From: an uncultured Candidatus Saccharibacteria bacterium
Lineage (GTDB): Bacteria; Patescibacteriota; UBA1384; DTJR01
Assembly (NCBI GenBank): GCA_964487045.1
Contig: CAZAOT010000001.1
Coordinates: 4,875-68,874 of the forward strand
Length of the DNA stretch: 64,000 nucleotides
Direction of reading: 5' to 3'
The notes beneath the pieces are model-generated. The model was not told the origin of the DNA. It saw only the letters and a list, made by a program, of their open reading frames with translations, and searched no databases. The translations under genes and the position numbers were made by a program. Below are positions 1 to 10,872 of this stretch, piece by piece. Numbering within the stretch: position 1 is the first letter of the stretch; every line of letters begins with the position of its first letter.

Positions 1-444
1 ACTCCTACCCTGCCTTTTGCCAAAATCCTCCCAGTGAGCGATATCAAGACAGACTCCAGCAAACTTATCTACGTTTTCTTTAAAGTCGGATCCGAGTTCG
101 TCTATGTTTTCGACAAAAATATCTCCTCTAAAATCTTTTAGCACGTAATCATCCGCAAGATTCTTCTTGCTAGAGTGGGTGTTAAAGAACTTAGTACCAT
201 ATCGATTCTTGAAGTAATTGATTTCATCAACATTGGTGTCTTCTACTCTGATGTGGACAAAGGGAACATACTCGATCGGGGTTTCGGCCAAAAGTTTGTA
301 GAAGTTGATTCTCTCTGCGGGGTTTAGAAATGTTGGGAAGACTGCTATTTCTTTTAGACCGAACTCTTTAATTTCTTGAATTTTTTCTTTCCAATTTGAG
401 TCCGGGGTAGTCGTTAATCCTAGGTAAATCTTTTGTTTTGCCAT
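1..444 (-). CDS. hypothetical protein, 5' portion only (ORF runs off the window start)
   Basis: ATG at 444-442 on the minus strand, then 148 in-frame codons with no stop down to position 1 (MAKQKIYLGLTTTPDSNWKEKIQEIKEFGL...). Lies directly downstream of rfbB on the same strand. No family recognised; weak RBS. Confidence 0.55.
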   Translation of the reverse strand, partial: MAKQKIYLGLTTTPDSNWKEKIQEIKEFGLKEIAVFPTFLNPAERINFYKLLAETPIEYVPFVHIRVEDTNVDEINYFKNRYGTKFFNTHSSKKNLADDYVLKDFRGDIFVENIDELGSDFKENVDKFAGVCLDIAHWEDFGKRQGRS

Positions 445-470
445 AAAGAATCGTTCCCGAAGGGAGCTCC

Positions 471-1502
471 TTAATTTTGAGTTTTAAGCTTTGAATTTTG
501 AGTTTGACGCGAAGCGTCAAGATACTCTTTGGAGATTATCCTCTGCCACCACGGCTCGTTGTTTTTGTACCACTCAATTGTTTGCTTCAAACCCTCCTCA
601 AAGGTCACAGATGGCTTCCAGCCGAGCTCGCGGGTGATCTTTGAGTGATCCATCGCGTAGCGCATGTCGTGGCCTTTTCGGTCCTCTACGAAGGTTTTAA
701 AAGACTGATCTTTGCCGAGCTCTTTTAGAATTGCATCGGCCAGTTCGATTGTATTTTTTTCGCTATCTCCACCAATACAATATGTTTCTCCTGGCTTGCC
801 CTTCTCTAAAATCACGTCAATTGCCGAGCAGTGATCGGTGACAAATAGATAATCCCGAACGGCCTTACCTTCCCCGTAAATTGGAACTGGTTTGTCTTTT
901 AATACATTAGTGATAAACAGCGGAATAACTTTTTCCGGAAAGTGAAATGGTCCGTAATTATTGGTGCAGTTTGAGATGGTTATTGGCAGAGAGTAGGTGT
1001 CAAAATAAGCTCTTACCAGATGATCAGAGCCAGCCTTGGAAGCAGAGTATGGCGAGTGGGGATCATAAGGTGTAGTTTCGGAAAATTTGGCTTCTCTGTC
1101 CTCTAGGCTAAGCGAGCCAAAAACTTCATCGGTGGAAACATGGTGAAAGCGCTTGATCCCCTTTTCCTTGGCGGCGTCAAGAAGAATCTGAGTGCCGATC
1201 ACATTTGTCTGGACGAAAACGGCCGGTCCAGTAATTGACCTGTCGACATGACTTTCGGCGGCGAAATGGACTATCTCATCCACTCCACTAACTGCTTTTT
1301 CAACATCTTCTTTGCTCGTAATATCCCCAAGGATAAACTGATAATTAGGATTGTTTTCGACTGACTTAAGGTTGTCTAGATTGCCAGCATAGGTCAAAGA
1401 ATCGAAGTTGATTATCTTAACGTTGTCATATTTTTCAAGCATAAAACGAACAAAATTGCTGCCAATAAATCCAGCGCCACCTGTAACTAAAATAGTTCTC
1501 AT
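471..1502 (-). CDS. rfbB: dTDP-glucose 4,6-dehydratase
   Basis: 343 aa. Extended SDR with GGAGFIGS Rossmann motif and YSASK (YxxxK). Collinear with RmlB. In an operon with rfbA and a RmlC-like gene. Confidence 0.92.
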   Translation of the reverse strand: MRTILVTGGAGFIGSNFVRFMLEKYDNVKIINFDSLTYAGNLDNLKSVENNPNYQFILGDITSKEDVEKAVSGVDEIVHFAAESHVDRSITGPAVFVQTNVIGTQILLDAAKEKGIKRFHHVSTDEVFGSLSLEDREAKFSETTPYDPHSPYSASKAGSDHLVRAYFDTYSLPITISNCTNNYGPFHFPEKVIPLFITNVLKDKPVPIYGEGKAVRDYLFVTDHCSAIDVILEKGKPGETYCIGGDSEKNTIELADAILKELGKDQSFKTFVEDRKGHDMRYAMDHSKITRELGWKPSVTFEEGLKQTIEWYKNNEPWWQRIISKEYLDASRQTQNSKLKTQN

Positions 1503-1510
1503 TATTACCT

Positions 1511-1999
1511 CTATTTGAATTTATCCCAGCCGGCGTCAATCTCCTTGTCAAAAGGATCAATTCGCTCTTCATCAGGATTATTTCTATTATAGTGTTTAGT
1601 GACGTGATAAAAAAGCATGACTGGCTCCTTGGAAATGCTCTTATAGCCATGGGCGACTCCAACTGGAATTAGTATCAGTTTGTAATCACCCTCTCCTGCT
1701 TCCACAATTTGTTTAACTTTATATGTTTTTGAATTCTTGCGTCTGTCGTACATCACGATCACTGCTTTACCCGAAGCGACAAACCAGAGGTCGTCTTGGT
1801 ATTTGTGGTAGTGAAAAGCTTTAATCGTACCTTTGCTTGAGATGGTGAAATTGCTTTGGCCAAATTTCTTCATCAATTTGTCGTCATCACGCAAAACTTC
1901 CATGAAAATTCCAGGTTCAATCTTTTGCTCTAAGTCTGGAATATCTTTGAAGACTTTTAGTTTCTTGATTACTACTCCGTCAATTTTTCCTGTTTTCAT
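1511..1999 (-). CDS. rfbC: dTDP-4-dehydrorhamnose 3,5-epimerase-like cupin (RmlC family, short form)
   Basis: 162 aa cupin (FHYHKYQDDLWFVASGKAVIVMYDRR; VAHGY). Sits between rfbA and rfbB, and its start abuts the rfbA stop. Confidence 0.7.
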   Translation of the reverse strand: MKTGKIDGVVIKKLKVFKDIPDLEQKIEPGIFMEVLRDDDKLMKKFGQSNFTISSKGTIKAFHYHKYQDDLWFVASGKAVIVMYDRRKNSKTYKVKQIVEAGEGDYKLILIPVGVAHGYKSISKEPVMLFYHVTKHYNRNNPDEERIDPFDKEIDAGWDKFK

Positions 2000-2760
2000 T
2001 AGAATGATTCTCCATTAGCTTTTCTCATTCTGATTTCATTTTGGATCTCGTTTAAAGCGTCGAAGGTTCCCGCATCGGCCCAGGTTCCATCAAAAACATT
2101 TACTTTGAGTTTATCTTGCTTGAGGTAAATATTGTTGAGGTCAGTGATCTCGATCTCGCCTCGCTTAGATGGTTTTAATTCCTTGGCATGCTTAATAACC
2201 TTATTGTCATAGGTATAGAGTCCGACTACTGCGTAGTTTGACTTTGGTTTTTTGGGTTTTTCCTCGATGGATTTAGCTTTCATTTTATCGTCAAAGCTGA
2301 CGACGCCAAAACGTTCTGGATCGTGAACTTCTTTGGCAAAAACCATTGCTCCGCTTTTGAAATTCTGAATCTCCTTGGAGAAATCATGACCAAGAAAGAT
2401 GTTGTCGCCGAGAATCATAGTTACATCGTCTTTGCCGATAAAGTCCTCGCCGATAATAAAAGCGTCTGCGAGGCCTCTGGGCGCAAGCTGGATTTTGAAA
2501 GTAAAGTCGACGCCGCAGAATTCTCCCCTTTCTCCGTTTTCTTTGCACTTCTGTTGTTCCATCGAGAGCAGGTTGACGAAACTGCCAGAGAAGGTTGGAG
2601 CAGTGATAATGAGAATATCCTTAATCCCGGCCTTGACCAAAGTCTTAATTGGGTAGTAAACCATCGGCTTGTCGTAAACCATCAGGAGCTGCTTGGAAGT
2701 GATATAGGTTACCGGCCTGAGTCTTGTCGCATTGCCTCCAGCTAGAACAATTCCTTTCAT
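1999..2760 (-). CDS. rfbA: glucose-1-phosphate thymidylyltransferase
   Basis: 253 aa. N-terminal GIVLAGGNATRLRP nucleotidyltransferase signature. Collinear with RmlA. Confidence 0.9.
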   Translation of the reverse strand: MKGIVLAGGNATRLRPVTYITSKQLLMVYDKPMVYYPIKTLVKAGIKDILIITAPTFSGSFVNLLSMEQQKCKENGERGEFCGVDFTFKIQLAPRGLADAFIIGEDFIGKDDVTMILGDNIFLGHDFSKEIQNFKSGAMVFAKEVHDPERFGVVSFDDKMKAKSIEEKPKKPKSNYAVVGLYTYDNKVIKHAKELKPSKRGEIEITDLNNIYLKQDKLKVNVFDGTWADAGTFDALNEIQNEIRMRKANGESF

Positions 2761-2818
2761 AAGATCCTTTCGTATTTATATGGGACAAATATAGCCGAGT
2801 CTGATAGTAAAATAAAGA

Positions 2819-4666
2819 TCAAGAATTAATTTGCTTTTTAAGACTTAGAAAAACACTTTCCGGAATTTTTTCTTCCAGGGTGCTAACATCGCCAAGATCC
2901 TTGTTTTCTAAAGCGGCTTTAAGTAGTCGCCGCATAATTTTTCCGGACCTGGTTTTGGGTAAGCTATCGATAAATATAATATTTGATACGGCGGCAAACT
3001 TACCAATCGAATTGACGATTAGCTGCTTGATCTCGGACTCAATATCAGCCTCTCTCGCATTTTTTAACTTAACAGCGAAGACAATTATCTGCTCTCCCTT
3101 GATGCTATCTTCAAAACCGATCGCGGCTGATTCGGCGATGAGTGGGTGCAGGTTAATAACGCTTTCTATCTCGGGTGAGCTAAAGCGGTGACCGGCAACT
3201 TTAATAACATCATCGAAACGGCCAAGGATATAAATATCGCCGTCTTTGTCTCTGGTCGCAAAATCTCCTGTTAAATAGCAGCCTTTGAACTTGCTAAGGT
3301 ATGAGTTGATGAATCTTTTTTGGTCTTTATAGATTCCAGTGGTCATTCCAGGCCAAGGCTGGTCAATCACTAGATATCCTTTTTGGCCAGTTGATGCTTG
3401 TCGACCACTTTCGTGAAGTACCTTAACCGACAAGCCTTGAAGAGGCTTGGTAGCCGATCCAGGTTTTTGCTTCTTAGGGCCATCTTTGCGGGGCGAGATA
3501 ATCACTCCACCGGTTTCGGTTTGCCACCAAGTATCAGCAATAGGGCATCTCCCCTGGCCGATCACATCGTGAAACCATTGCCAGGCTGATTTGTTGATAG
3601 GCTCACCGACAGAGCCGAGTTGTCTAAGGCTGGGTAAGTTGATCTTGGTCTTGTCTTCCTCGGCGAATTTCTTGAGCATCCGAATGGCGGTTGGCGAGGT
3701 ATAGAAAATGTCTATTTTATGTTTCTTGATTAGGCGGTACCAGATTTGTCTGTCTGGATAGTCAAGCGTACCTTCTTGCAGAAAAATCGTTAATCCATGC
3801 ATCAGTGGTGCGTAAGTAACATAAGAGTGTCCAGTTATCCAGCCGATATCTGCTGAGCACCAATAAACTGATTTTTGGTTGAAGTCGAAAATTTGCTCAA
3901 AGATCGAATAATTATGTACCAAATATCCGCCTACACGATGGACAATCCCTTTTGGCTTGCCAGTGGAGCCGGAGGTATAGAGAATGAAGATTGGATCGTT
4001 TGAGTCCATTTGCTCAGGTTCTACGTTTTCTTGCCCGATTGATTTTGACAAATTCTTAAAGCCGATACTTCTGCCTTTTGTGGTGAATTTTTCTCGATCA
4101 AAAATCAGTACTTTTTTGACACATTTAACTCCCCTCACAGCCTGATCTACATTTTCCTTAAGGCTGATTTTTTTGCCCCGTCTGTAAGAGATATCACAAG
4201 AGATCACTAACTTGCATGATGTCTCTTCGATCCGCTCACGAAGTGCCTTGGGGCTAAAACCCGAGAAAACAACATTGTGGACGGCGCCAAGTCTTGTGCA
4301 GGCAAGCATTGCAATTATTGCCTGAGGGATCATCGGCATATAAATAGTGATGATGTCACCCTTCTTTGCCCCAAGGCGTTTAAGACAAGCGGCCCAAAGA
4401 TTTACCTCTCTAAGTAAGTCATTGTAGCTAAGCTTAAGCATTTCGCCCGTCTCTGATTCCCAGATAATGGCTGTTTTTGTGCCATGGCCTTTGCTCACTT
4501 GCCAATCAATGCAAACACTCGAAGGATTAATTTTTCCTCCGATAAACCAATCAGTCTTGTTTCCTGATTGCCGGGCGACTTTAGTAAAATTTTGCGCCCA
4601 AGGAAGTTTTCGCCCCTCTTTATCCCAAAATATTTGGCTTTCCTTGCTTAGCTTGTTCATAGTCAT
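2819..4666 (-). CDS. acs: acetate--CoA ligase / AMP-forming acyl-CoA synthetase
   Basis: 615 aa. AMP-binding motif YTSGSTGKPKG, and a WWQTETGG motif typical of Acs. Transcribed divergently from the pse operon. Confidence 0.85.
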   Translation of the reverse strand: MTMNKLSKESQIFWDKEGRKLPWAQNFTKVARQSGNKTDWFIGGKINPSSVCIDWQVSKGHGTKTAIIWESETGEMLKLSYNDLLREVNLWAACLKRLGAKKGDIITIYMPMIPQAIIAMLACTRLGAVHNVVFSGFSPKALRERIEETSCKLVISCDISYRRGKKISLKENVDQAVRGVKCVKKVLIFDREKFTTKGRSIGFKNLSKSIGQENVEPEQMDSNDPIFILYTSGSTGKPKGIVHRVGGYLVHNYSIFEQIFDFNQKSVYWCSADIGWITGHSYVTYAPLMHGLTIFLQEGTLDYPDRQIWYRLIKKHKIDIFYTSPTAIRMLKKFAEEDKTKINLPSLRQLGSVGEPINKSAWQWFHDVIGQGRCPIADTWWQTETGGVIISPRKDGPKKQKPGSATKPLQGLSVKVLHESGRQASTGQKGYLVIDQPWPGMTTGIYKDQKRFINSYLSKFKGCYLTGDFATRDKDGDIYILGRFDDVIKVAGHRFSSPEIESVINLHPLIAESAAIGFEDSIKGEQIIVFAVKLKNAREADIESEIKQLIVNSIGKFAAVSNIIFIDSLPKTRSGKIMRRLLKAALENKDLGDVSTLEEKIPESVFLSLKKQINS

Positions 4667-4668
4667 AA

Positions 4669-5757
<1,089 letters not shown>

Positions 5758-5758
5758 A

Positions 5759-6922
5759 ATGGGCAAATTCATTTCTTATGGCAGGCAGTTTATTGATAAA
5801 GATGACATTAAGGCTGTCGTCTCAGCCTTGAAGAGTGATTTTTTAACTCAAGGTCCAGAGGTGGTTGAATTTGAACGAGAGATTTGCGCTTACACTGGGG
5901 CAAAATATTGTGTTGTTGTCTCGAGTGCTACTGCAGGACTCCATATTGCTGTTCAGGCGCTTAAAATTAAACCAGAAAGCGAAGGAATAACTACCCCGAA
6001 TACTTTTGTCGCCTCGGCTAATTGTCTTATCTATAACTCAATCAAACCAGTTTTTGCCGATATCGATAAGCAAACCTATAATATTTCATTTGAAGAAATA
6101 AAAAAGAAAACAACGAAAAAGACCAAACTTATAGTTTGCGTAGATTATGCTGGTCAAGTTTGTGAAGCAGAAAAAATCAGCAAATTTGCTAAGAGCAAGG
6201 GAATATACTTGATAGAAGATGCTGCGCACGCCATTGGCTCGCAATATAAAAATGGCGCCAAAGTAGGAAGCTGCCAATATTCTGATATGACTGTTTTTTC
6301 ATTTCACCCGATTAAGAATATGACCACGGGTGAGGGAGGAGCGGTTACCACAAATAGTAAAGAGCTCTACGAAAGACTCTTGCTCCTCAGGTCTCATGGG
6401 GTTGTTAAAGATCCAAAGAAGTTATCTAAAAATCCTGGCCCTTGGTACTACGAGATGATTTCAATAGGGTACAATTATAGGATGAGCGATATCTGCGCCG
6501 CGCTTGGCAGAAGTCAGCTCAAAAAATTAGATAAGTTCATTGCAAGAAGAAGAGATATTGTAGATCAGTATAATAAAGCTTTTAAAGATTTGAAAAATGT
6601 CACGATTCCTTTTGAGCAGCCTGGCGTAAAAAGTGCATTCCATCTTTATACTTTGCAAATTGATTTTAAAGCAATTGGTAAAACACGTTCCCGAGTTATG
6701 GAAGAGCTCCGCAATCATTCAGTGGGCTCTCAGGTTCTTTATATTCCAGTGCCTACCCAGCCGTTTTATAGACGCTTTGGTTATAAAAAGGGGGATTTTC
6801 CGGTTGTCGAGTCTTATTATGAAAAGACGCTTAGTATTCCGCTTTATCCCGCAATGAGCGCAAGTGATGTTAAAAAAGTGATTAACGCTTTAAATGAAAC
6901 AATTAACTCGAGTCAGCTCTAG
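5759..6922 (+). CDS. pseC: UDP-4-amino-4,6-dideoxy-N-acetyl-beta-L-altrosamine transaminase (DegT/DnrJ/EryC1 family)
   Basis: About 387 aa PLP aminotransferase (SFHPIKNMTTGEGG lysine motif). ATG at 5759, just after the pseB stop. Position within the pse operon. Confidence 0.85.
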   Translation: MGKFISYGRQFIDKDDIKAVVSALKSDFLTQGPEVVEFEREICAYTGAKYCVVVSSATAGLHIAVQALKIKPESEGITTPNTFVASANCLIYNSIKPVFADIDKQTYNISFEEIKKKTTKKTKLIVCVDYAGQVCEAEKISKFAKSKGIYLIEDAAHAIGSQYKNGAKVGSCQYSDMTVFSFHPIKNMTTGEGGAVTTNSKELYERLLLLRSHGVVKDPKKLSKNPGPWYYEMISIGYNYRMSDICAALGRSQLKKLDKFIARRRDIVDQYNKAFKDLKNVTIPFEQPGVKSAFHLYTLQIDFKAIGKTRSRVMEELRNHSVGSQVLYIPVPTQPFYRRFGYKKGDFPVVESYYEKTLSIPLYPAMSASDVKKVINALNETINSSQL

Positions 6923-7982
6923 CGCAGTAAAAGTAGTATTTTTTGTCGTTTTTATTCTATGCGCAATAATCGCTGTCGCGATAGTTGTTATGTCAATAAA
7001 ATCTCCCTGGTCCAGTAAGCCTCAAATCAAGGAAATTGCTAATTTTGAAAGGCCTTTCTGTGTGGCGCAGGATTCGCAAGAAAGGATATTGGTTTGCGAC
7101 TTTAATGTTAATCAGATTAAGATTTTCGATCAGGCGTTAAAGCCGGTTAGTGTTATCGGGCAAACAGGTACTAAGCAGGGGGAATTTAACAAGCCTCATT
7201 CGATAGATTTTAATTCAAAATCAGAGATTATTGTCAGCGATTATGCGAACAAGCGCGTTCAAAGATTTTCACGAGATTTTGATTTTAAATCTTATCTTGC
7301 GTCTGATAAAAAACTACTGGGTCCCGCTACGGCTTATTTCGGAGGGGATGGCAACCTATACGTAAGCGATTATGACTCAAGCTCTCTTTTAAAATTTGAT
7401 AAAAATGGAAAGTATTTAGGCTGGATAGGAGCCAAGGAGGATGGAAGTCTGACCGATGGTTGGAATCTCTCCGGGAATTCGACTAATTCAACTTCTCCAG
7501 GAGGATTCGATCGCTTGCATGGGGCAAAAGTTGATTCAAATGGCATGATTTATGTTGTTGATTCGTGGAATCACCGCGTCCAGCGTTTTGACGAGGATGG
7601 TAAATTTCGTGGTTTTATCGGCAGCAGGGCGGATGGAACGCTGACCGACGGCTGGGAGCTTGAAGGCCAAGTGACTGCCAGTCAGCTTCCAGGGGGATTT
7701 AATGTACCAATTGCCATCGAAATTTCAGGTGATGACCTGTTCGTCCTTGAGTTTAAGAACGCCAGAATTCAAAGATTCTCAAAATCAGGCGAATTCCTGG
7801 GCTGGTATGGCGGCATGAAAGACGGGGGTCTGACGCCAGGATTTGTTAAATCTGGTTTGTCGATGGAAGGTAATGAGCCCGGTGCTTTTAAAGAGGCTTA
7901 CGATCTCAAGATATATGAAAATAAAATTTTTGTAGCCGATACTGGTAATAAAAGGGTTCAAATTCTAACTTTTGACAAATGA
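6894..7982 (+). CDS. membrane-anchored NHL-repeat (six-bladed beta-propeller) protein
   Basis: 362 aa. N-terminal TM helix (VVFFVVFILCAIIAVAIVVM), then repeated NHL-like units (...D..N.R(V/I)Q(R/I)F...). Overlaps the pseC end by 29 nt. Confidence 0.75.
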   Translation: MKQLTRVSSSAVKVVFFVVFILCAIIAVAIVVMSIKSPWSSKPQIKEIANFERPFCVAQDSQERILVCDFNVNQIKIFDQALKPVSVIGQTGTKQGEFNKPHSIDFNSKSEIIVSDYANKRVQRFSRDFDFKSYLASDKKLLGPATAYFGGDGNLYVSDYDSSSLLKFDKNGKYLGWIGAKEDGSLTDGWNLSGNSTNSTSPGGFDRLHGAKVDSNGMIYVVDSWNHRVQRFDEDGKFRGFIGSRADGTLTDGWELEGQVTASQLPGGFNVPIAIEISGDDLFVLEFKNARIQRFSKSGEFLGWYGGMKDGGLTPGFVKSGLSMEGNEPGAFKEAYDLKIYENKIFVADTGNKRVQILTFDK

Positions 7983-8665
7983 ACAGGCAAGAAAAAATAT
8001 TCAAAGAGATTAGGCTTGAATTAAAGCAACCCCAAAGACTGAGTCTCTTTGAAGAGATTGGTCGAGAACTTTTCGCGCAAATAGAAGAGTTTGAGGGTAA
8101 GGCGCAAAATATCGATACTGCTTTTACGAGTAAGCTCAAGTTAATTTGGGTTTTGTCGGGTTCGGGCTCGATCTCAAAAAGCATTCTGGATCATGAGCGA
8201 GGAAGAATTTTTGCAAATACAGATAGGGATCGAATTAAACTTGCCCTGAAGATAGCGCGTCAAAATAAAAATATTTCTATTCTTTACAATGGTACTAACG
8301 AGCAGAATAGTGACTTAGTTAAGGCGATTCGGTCGGGACGGTATGATATTTCTCTCGACCAGGTGAAAATTATTCCTGGGGAAATAAATTGCACGCTTGA
8401 CCAGGTTAGGCTTTTTAGTTATCCTGCCGATATATCGATTAAAGGCGATGAGCTGTTTGGTGTACTTTCACATGCCCCTCATCTAGTTAGGGTGCTTAGA
8501 ATGATGGCTGCTCATAAAGGTAACTTTAAGCAAGCGAAGATACTACCAATTCCGCTGATACTCGATAATCCTAGTGAGGAAGAGGAGTTTATAAAACGAG
8601 AAATAATTGGCACAATAGACTATATATTAAAAAATGAAGCAAGAAGAGAACCTTATGGAAAGTGA
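7979..8665 (+). CDS. DUF218/YdcF-like protein (function unknown)
   Basis: 228 aa. LIWVLSGSG and GVLSHAPHLVRVLRMM resemble the DUF218 core. ATGA overlap with the upstream gene. Sits where pseG is usually found. Confidence 0.6.
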   Translation: MNRQEKIFKEIRLELKQPQRLSLFEEIGRELFAQIEEFEGKAQNIDTAFTSKLKLIWVLSGSGSISKSILDHERGRIFANTDRDRIKLALKIARQNKNISILYNGTNEQNSDLVKAIRSGRYDISLDQVKIIPGEINCTLDQVRLFSYPADISIKGDELFGVLSHAPHLVRVLRMMAAHKGNFKQAKILPIPLILDNPSEEEEFIKREIIGTIDYILKNEARREPYGK

Positions 8666-9122
8666 TCAAGTAGAAATAAGCCCAATTGGGCCTGGTGATG
8701 TTTTGGATGTTTACAAGCTCTCTAGTCAAAAAAGTGTTCGCGAAAATTCCTTTAATCAAAATAAGATTGCGCTTGAAGATCATAAGAAGTGGTTTGCTAA
8801 GAAGCTCGCTGATAACAATTGTATTATGATCAAAGCTGAGCTCGGAGGGGCTTTTGTTGGTCAGCTGAGGTTGGAAATTGAAGGCAAGGAGGCGCTTATC
8901 GGCATTTCGACCGACGAGAAGGCAAGGGGACGCGGCGTTGCTTCGATGCTTCTTCGAGAGGCGATTGATATTGGCAGAAAAAATCATTTTTCGGTAATTA
9001 ATGCTTATATTAAGCCTTCTAACGAAGCCTCGATTCACCTTTTTGAGAAGAACGGCTGGGTCTACGAAAAGGATGAAATGGTATCTGATAATCTTGCAAA
9101 AAAATATATTTATAAATTCTAA
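8655..9122 (+). CDS. pseH: GNAT N-acetyltransferase, PseH-like
   Basis: About 155 aa from the ATG at 8655. GNAT motif A (ARGRGVASMLL). Lies between the pse genes, and its stop abuts the pseI start. Confidence 0.75.
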   Translation: MESDQVEISPIGPGDVLDVYKLSSQKSVRENSFNQNKIALEDHKKWFAKKLADNNCIMIKAELGGAFVGQLRLEIEGKEALIGISTDEKARGRGVASMLLREAIDIGRKNHFSVINAYIKPSNEASIHLFEKNGWVYEKDEMVSDNLAKKYIYKF

Positions 9123-10174
9123 TGCAATTAAAAATCGGCAAAAAGATAATTTCGCAAAGCGCTCCAGCTTTTATTATTGCCGAGCTTTCTGCTAATCATA
9201 ATCAAGATTTTAAAGTCGCCGCAAAGACGATCGAAGCGATTAAGCAGTCGGGAGCGGATGCGGTTAAAATTCAAACTTATACAGCTGACACCCTGACGCT
9301 AGACTCTGACTTGCCCCATTTCAAAATTAATCAGGGTACGATCTGGGATAAAAAGACCTTTTATGAGCTATATAAAGAAGCTCATACTCCTTGGGAGTGG
9401 CAGCCACGCCTCAAGAAAATAGCCGAGGATCTTGGTTTGATTTTCTTTTCTTCGCCTTTTGACCTGACAGCAGTGGATTTCCTCGAGAAAATGAAAGTGC
9501 CAGCATACAAAATTGCTTCCTTTGAAATCACTGATCATGCCCTGATCGAGTATGTCGCTAAGCAAGGAAAACCGGTTATCATCTCTACTGGCATTGCGAA
9601 GAAGAAGGACATTGAAGATGCAATTAGAGTTTGCAAGAAAGCGGGAAACAAGCAGATAGCCTTACTAAAATGTACCTCGGCCTACCCAACTGCTCCTGAA
9701 GAAATGAATTTAAAGACTCTTGCCGATATGAGCAAGCGCTTCAAGGTGATTGTTGGCCTGTCGGATCATTCTGAGGGTTCGGTCGCTCCAATTACCTCGA
9801 TTGCCCTCGGAGCAAAAATAATTGAAAAGCATTTTATTTTAGATAAGAAGATCGGTGGCCCAGACGCTGAATTTTCCATGGAGCCTGTTGAATTTAAAAA
9901 AATGGTTGAGGATATTAGAGTGGCCGAAAAGACTTTGGGGAAGGTTAGCTATGAGCTGACTGAAAAAACGAAAAAAAGCCGTGGTTTTGCCAGGTCGTTA
10001 TTTGTTGTCAAAGAAATCAAGAAAGGCGAAATTTTTACTTCTAATAACATTCGTTCAATAAGGCCAAACCTTGGTGTTCATCCTAAATACCTTAAAGCAA
10101 TTATTGGTAAAAAGTCGGCTAAAGATCTTAAGCCAGGAGAGCCTATGAATTTAAAATATATTTCTAAATCATGA
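9122..10174 (+). CDS. pseI: pseudaminic acid synthase (NeuB/PseI family)
   Basis: 350 aa. N-terminal FIIAELSANHNQD...GADAVKIQTY TIM-barrel signature and a C-terminal SAF-like domain. Confidence 0.88.
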   Translation: MQLKIGKKIISQSAPAFIIAELSANHNQDFKVAAKTIEAIKQSGADAVKIQTYTADTLTLDSDLPHFKINQGTIWDKKTFYELYKEAHTPWEWQPRLKKIAEDLGLIFFSSPFDLTAVDFLEKMKVPAYKIASFEITDHALIEYVAKQGKPVIISTGIAKKKDIEDAIRVCKKAGNKQIALLKCTSAYPTAPEEMNLKTLADMSKRFKVIVGLSDHSEGSVAPITSIALGAKIIEKHFILDKKIGGPDAEFSMEPVEFKKMVEDIRVAEKTLGKVSYELTEKTKKSRGFARSLFVVKEIKKGEIFTSNNIRSIRPNLGVHPKYLKAIIGKKSAKDLKPGEPMNLKYISKS

Positions 10175-10851
10175 GCTGCTTAGCCATAATACCTGCTCGT
10201 GGTGGCTCAAAAAGAATTCCAAAGAAAAATATTATTTCTTTTCTTGGTTCGCCCATGATTAAATATTCGATTGATGCTGCCTTAAAAAGCAAGTGTTTTG
10301 AAGAAATCATGGTCTCAACTGACGACAAGGAAATTGCTAGCGTAGCCTCTCGCCTTGGAGCGAAGGTGCCATTTATGAGAAGTAATGATAATTCGAAAGA
10401 TTGCTCTATTCTTGCTGACGCGGTTCTTGAGGTTATTGAGCAATACGAACAATTGGGGAGAAAATTTGAATATATTTGCGTAATACTGCCAACCGCTCCC
10501 TTGATAAAAGTTAAAACTCTTAAGGAAGGTTTTGCTCTTATCAAAAAGGGGGCTCAGGCGGTTATCCCCGTTGTTGCCTTTAGCTACCCTATTCAAAGGG
10601 CATTTAAGGTTAAAAATACCAAGCTAAAGATGTTTGACGAAGCATTTATGCATGTTAATTCACAGGCTCTCGAGCCCGCTTATCATGACGCCGGTCAATT
10701 CTACTATCTGAAAACTTCTAGTTTTAAAAAACAAAAAAAGATTTTCTTGGACAAATCGCAAGCGATAATTCTTAGGGAGTCTGAGGTTCAGGATATTGAT
10801 GTCTTAGAGGACTTGAAAATCGCCGAGTTAAAATATAAGCTTCAGTCATAA
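10171..10851 (+). CDS. pseF: pseudaminic acid cytidylyltransferase (CMP-nonulosonate synthetase family)
   Basis: 226 aa. AIIPARGGSKRIPKKN signature. ATGA overlap with pseI. Confidence 0.88.
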   Translation: MSCLAIIPARGGSKRIPKKNIISFLGSPMIKYSIDAALKSKCFEEIMVSTDDKEIASVASRLGAKVPFMRSNDNSKDCSILADAVLEVIEQYEQLGRKFEYICVILPTAPLIKVKTLKEGFALIKKGAQAVIPVVAFSYPIQRAFKVKNTKLKMFDEAFMHVNSQALEPAYHDAGQFYYLKTSSFKKQKKIFLDKSQAIILRESEVQDIDVLEDLKIAELKYKLQS

Positions 10852-10872
10852 TCTATATAAGAGGAGTGTATT

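Noticed and set aside
2323-2745. 140-aa and 85-aa plus-strand ORFs inside rfbA, and similar 60-120-aa antisense ORFs inside acs, pseB, pseC and other native genes
   Set aside because: They are antisense to motif-supported genes. They have no RBS and low-complexity translations.
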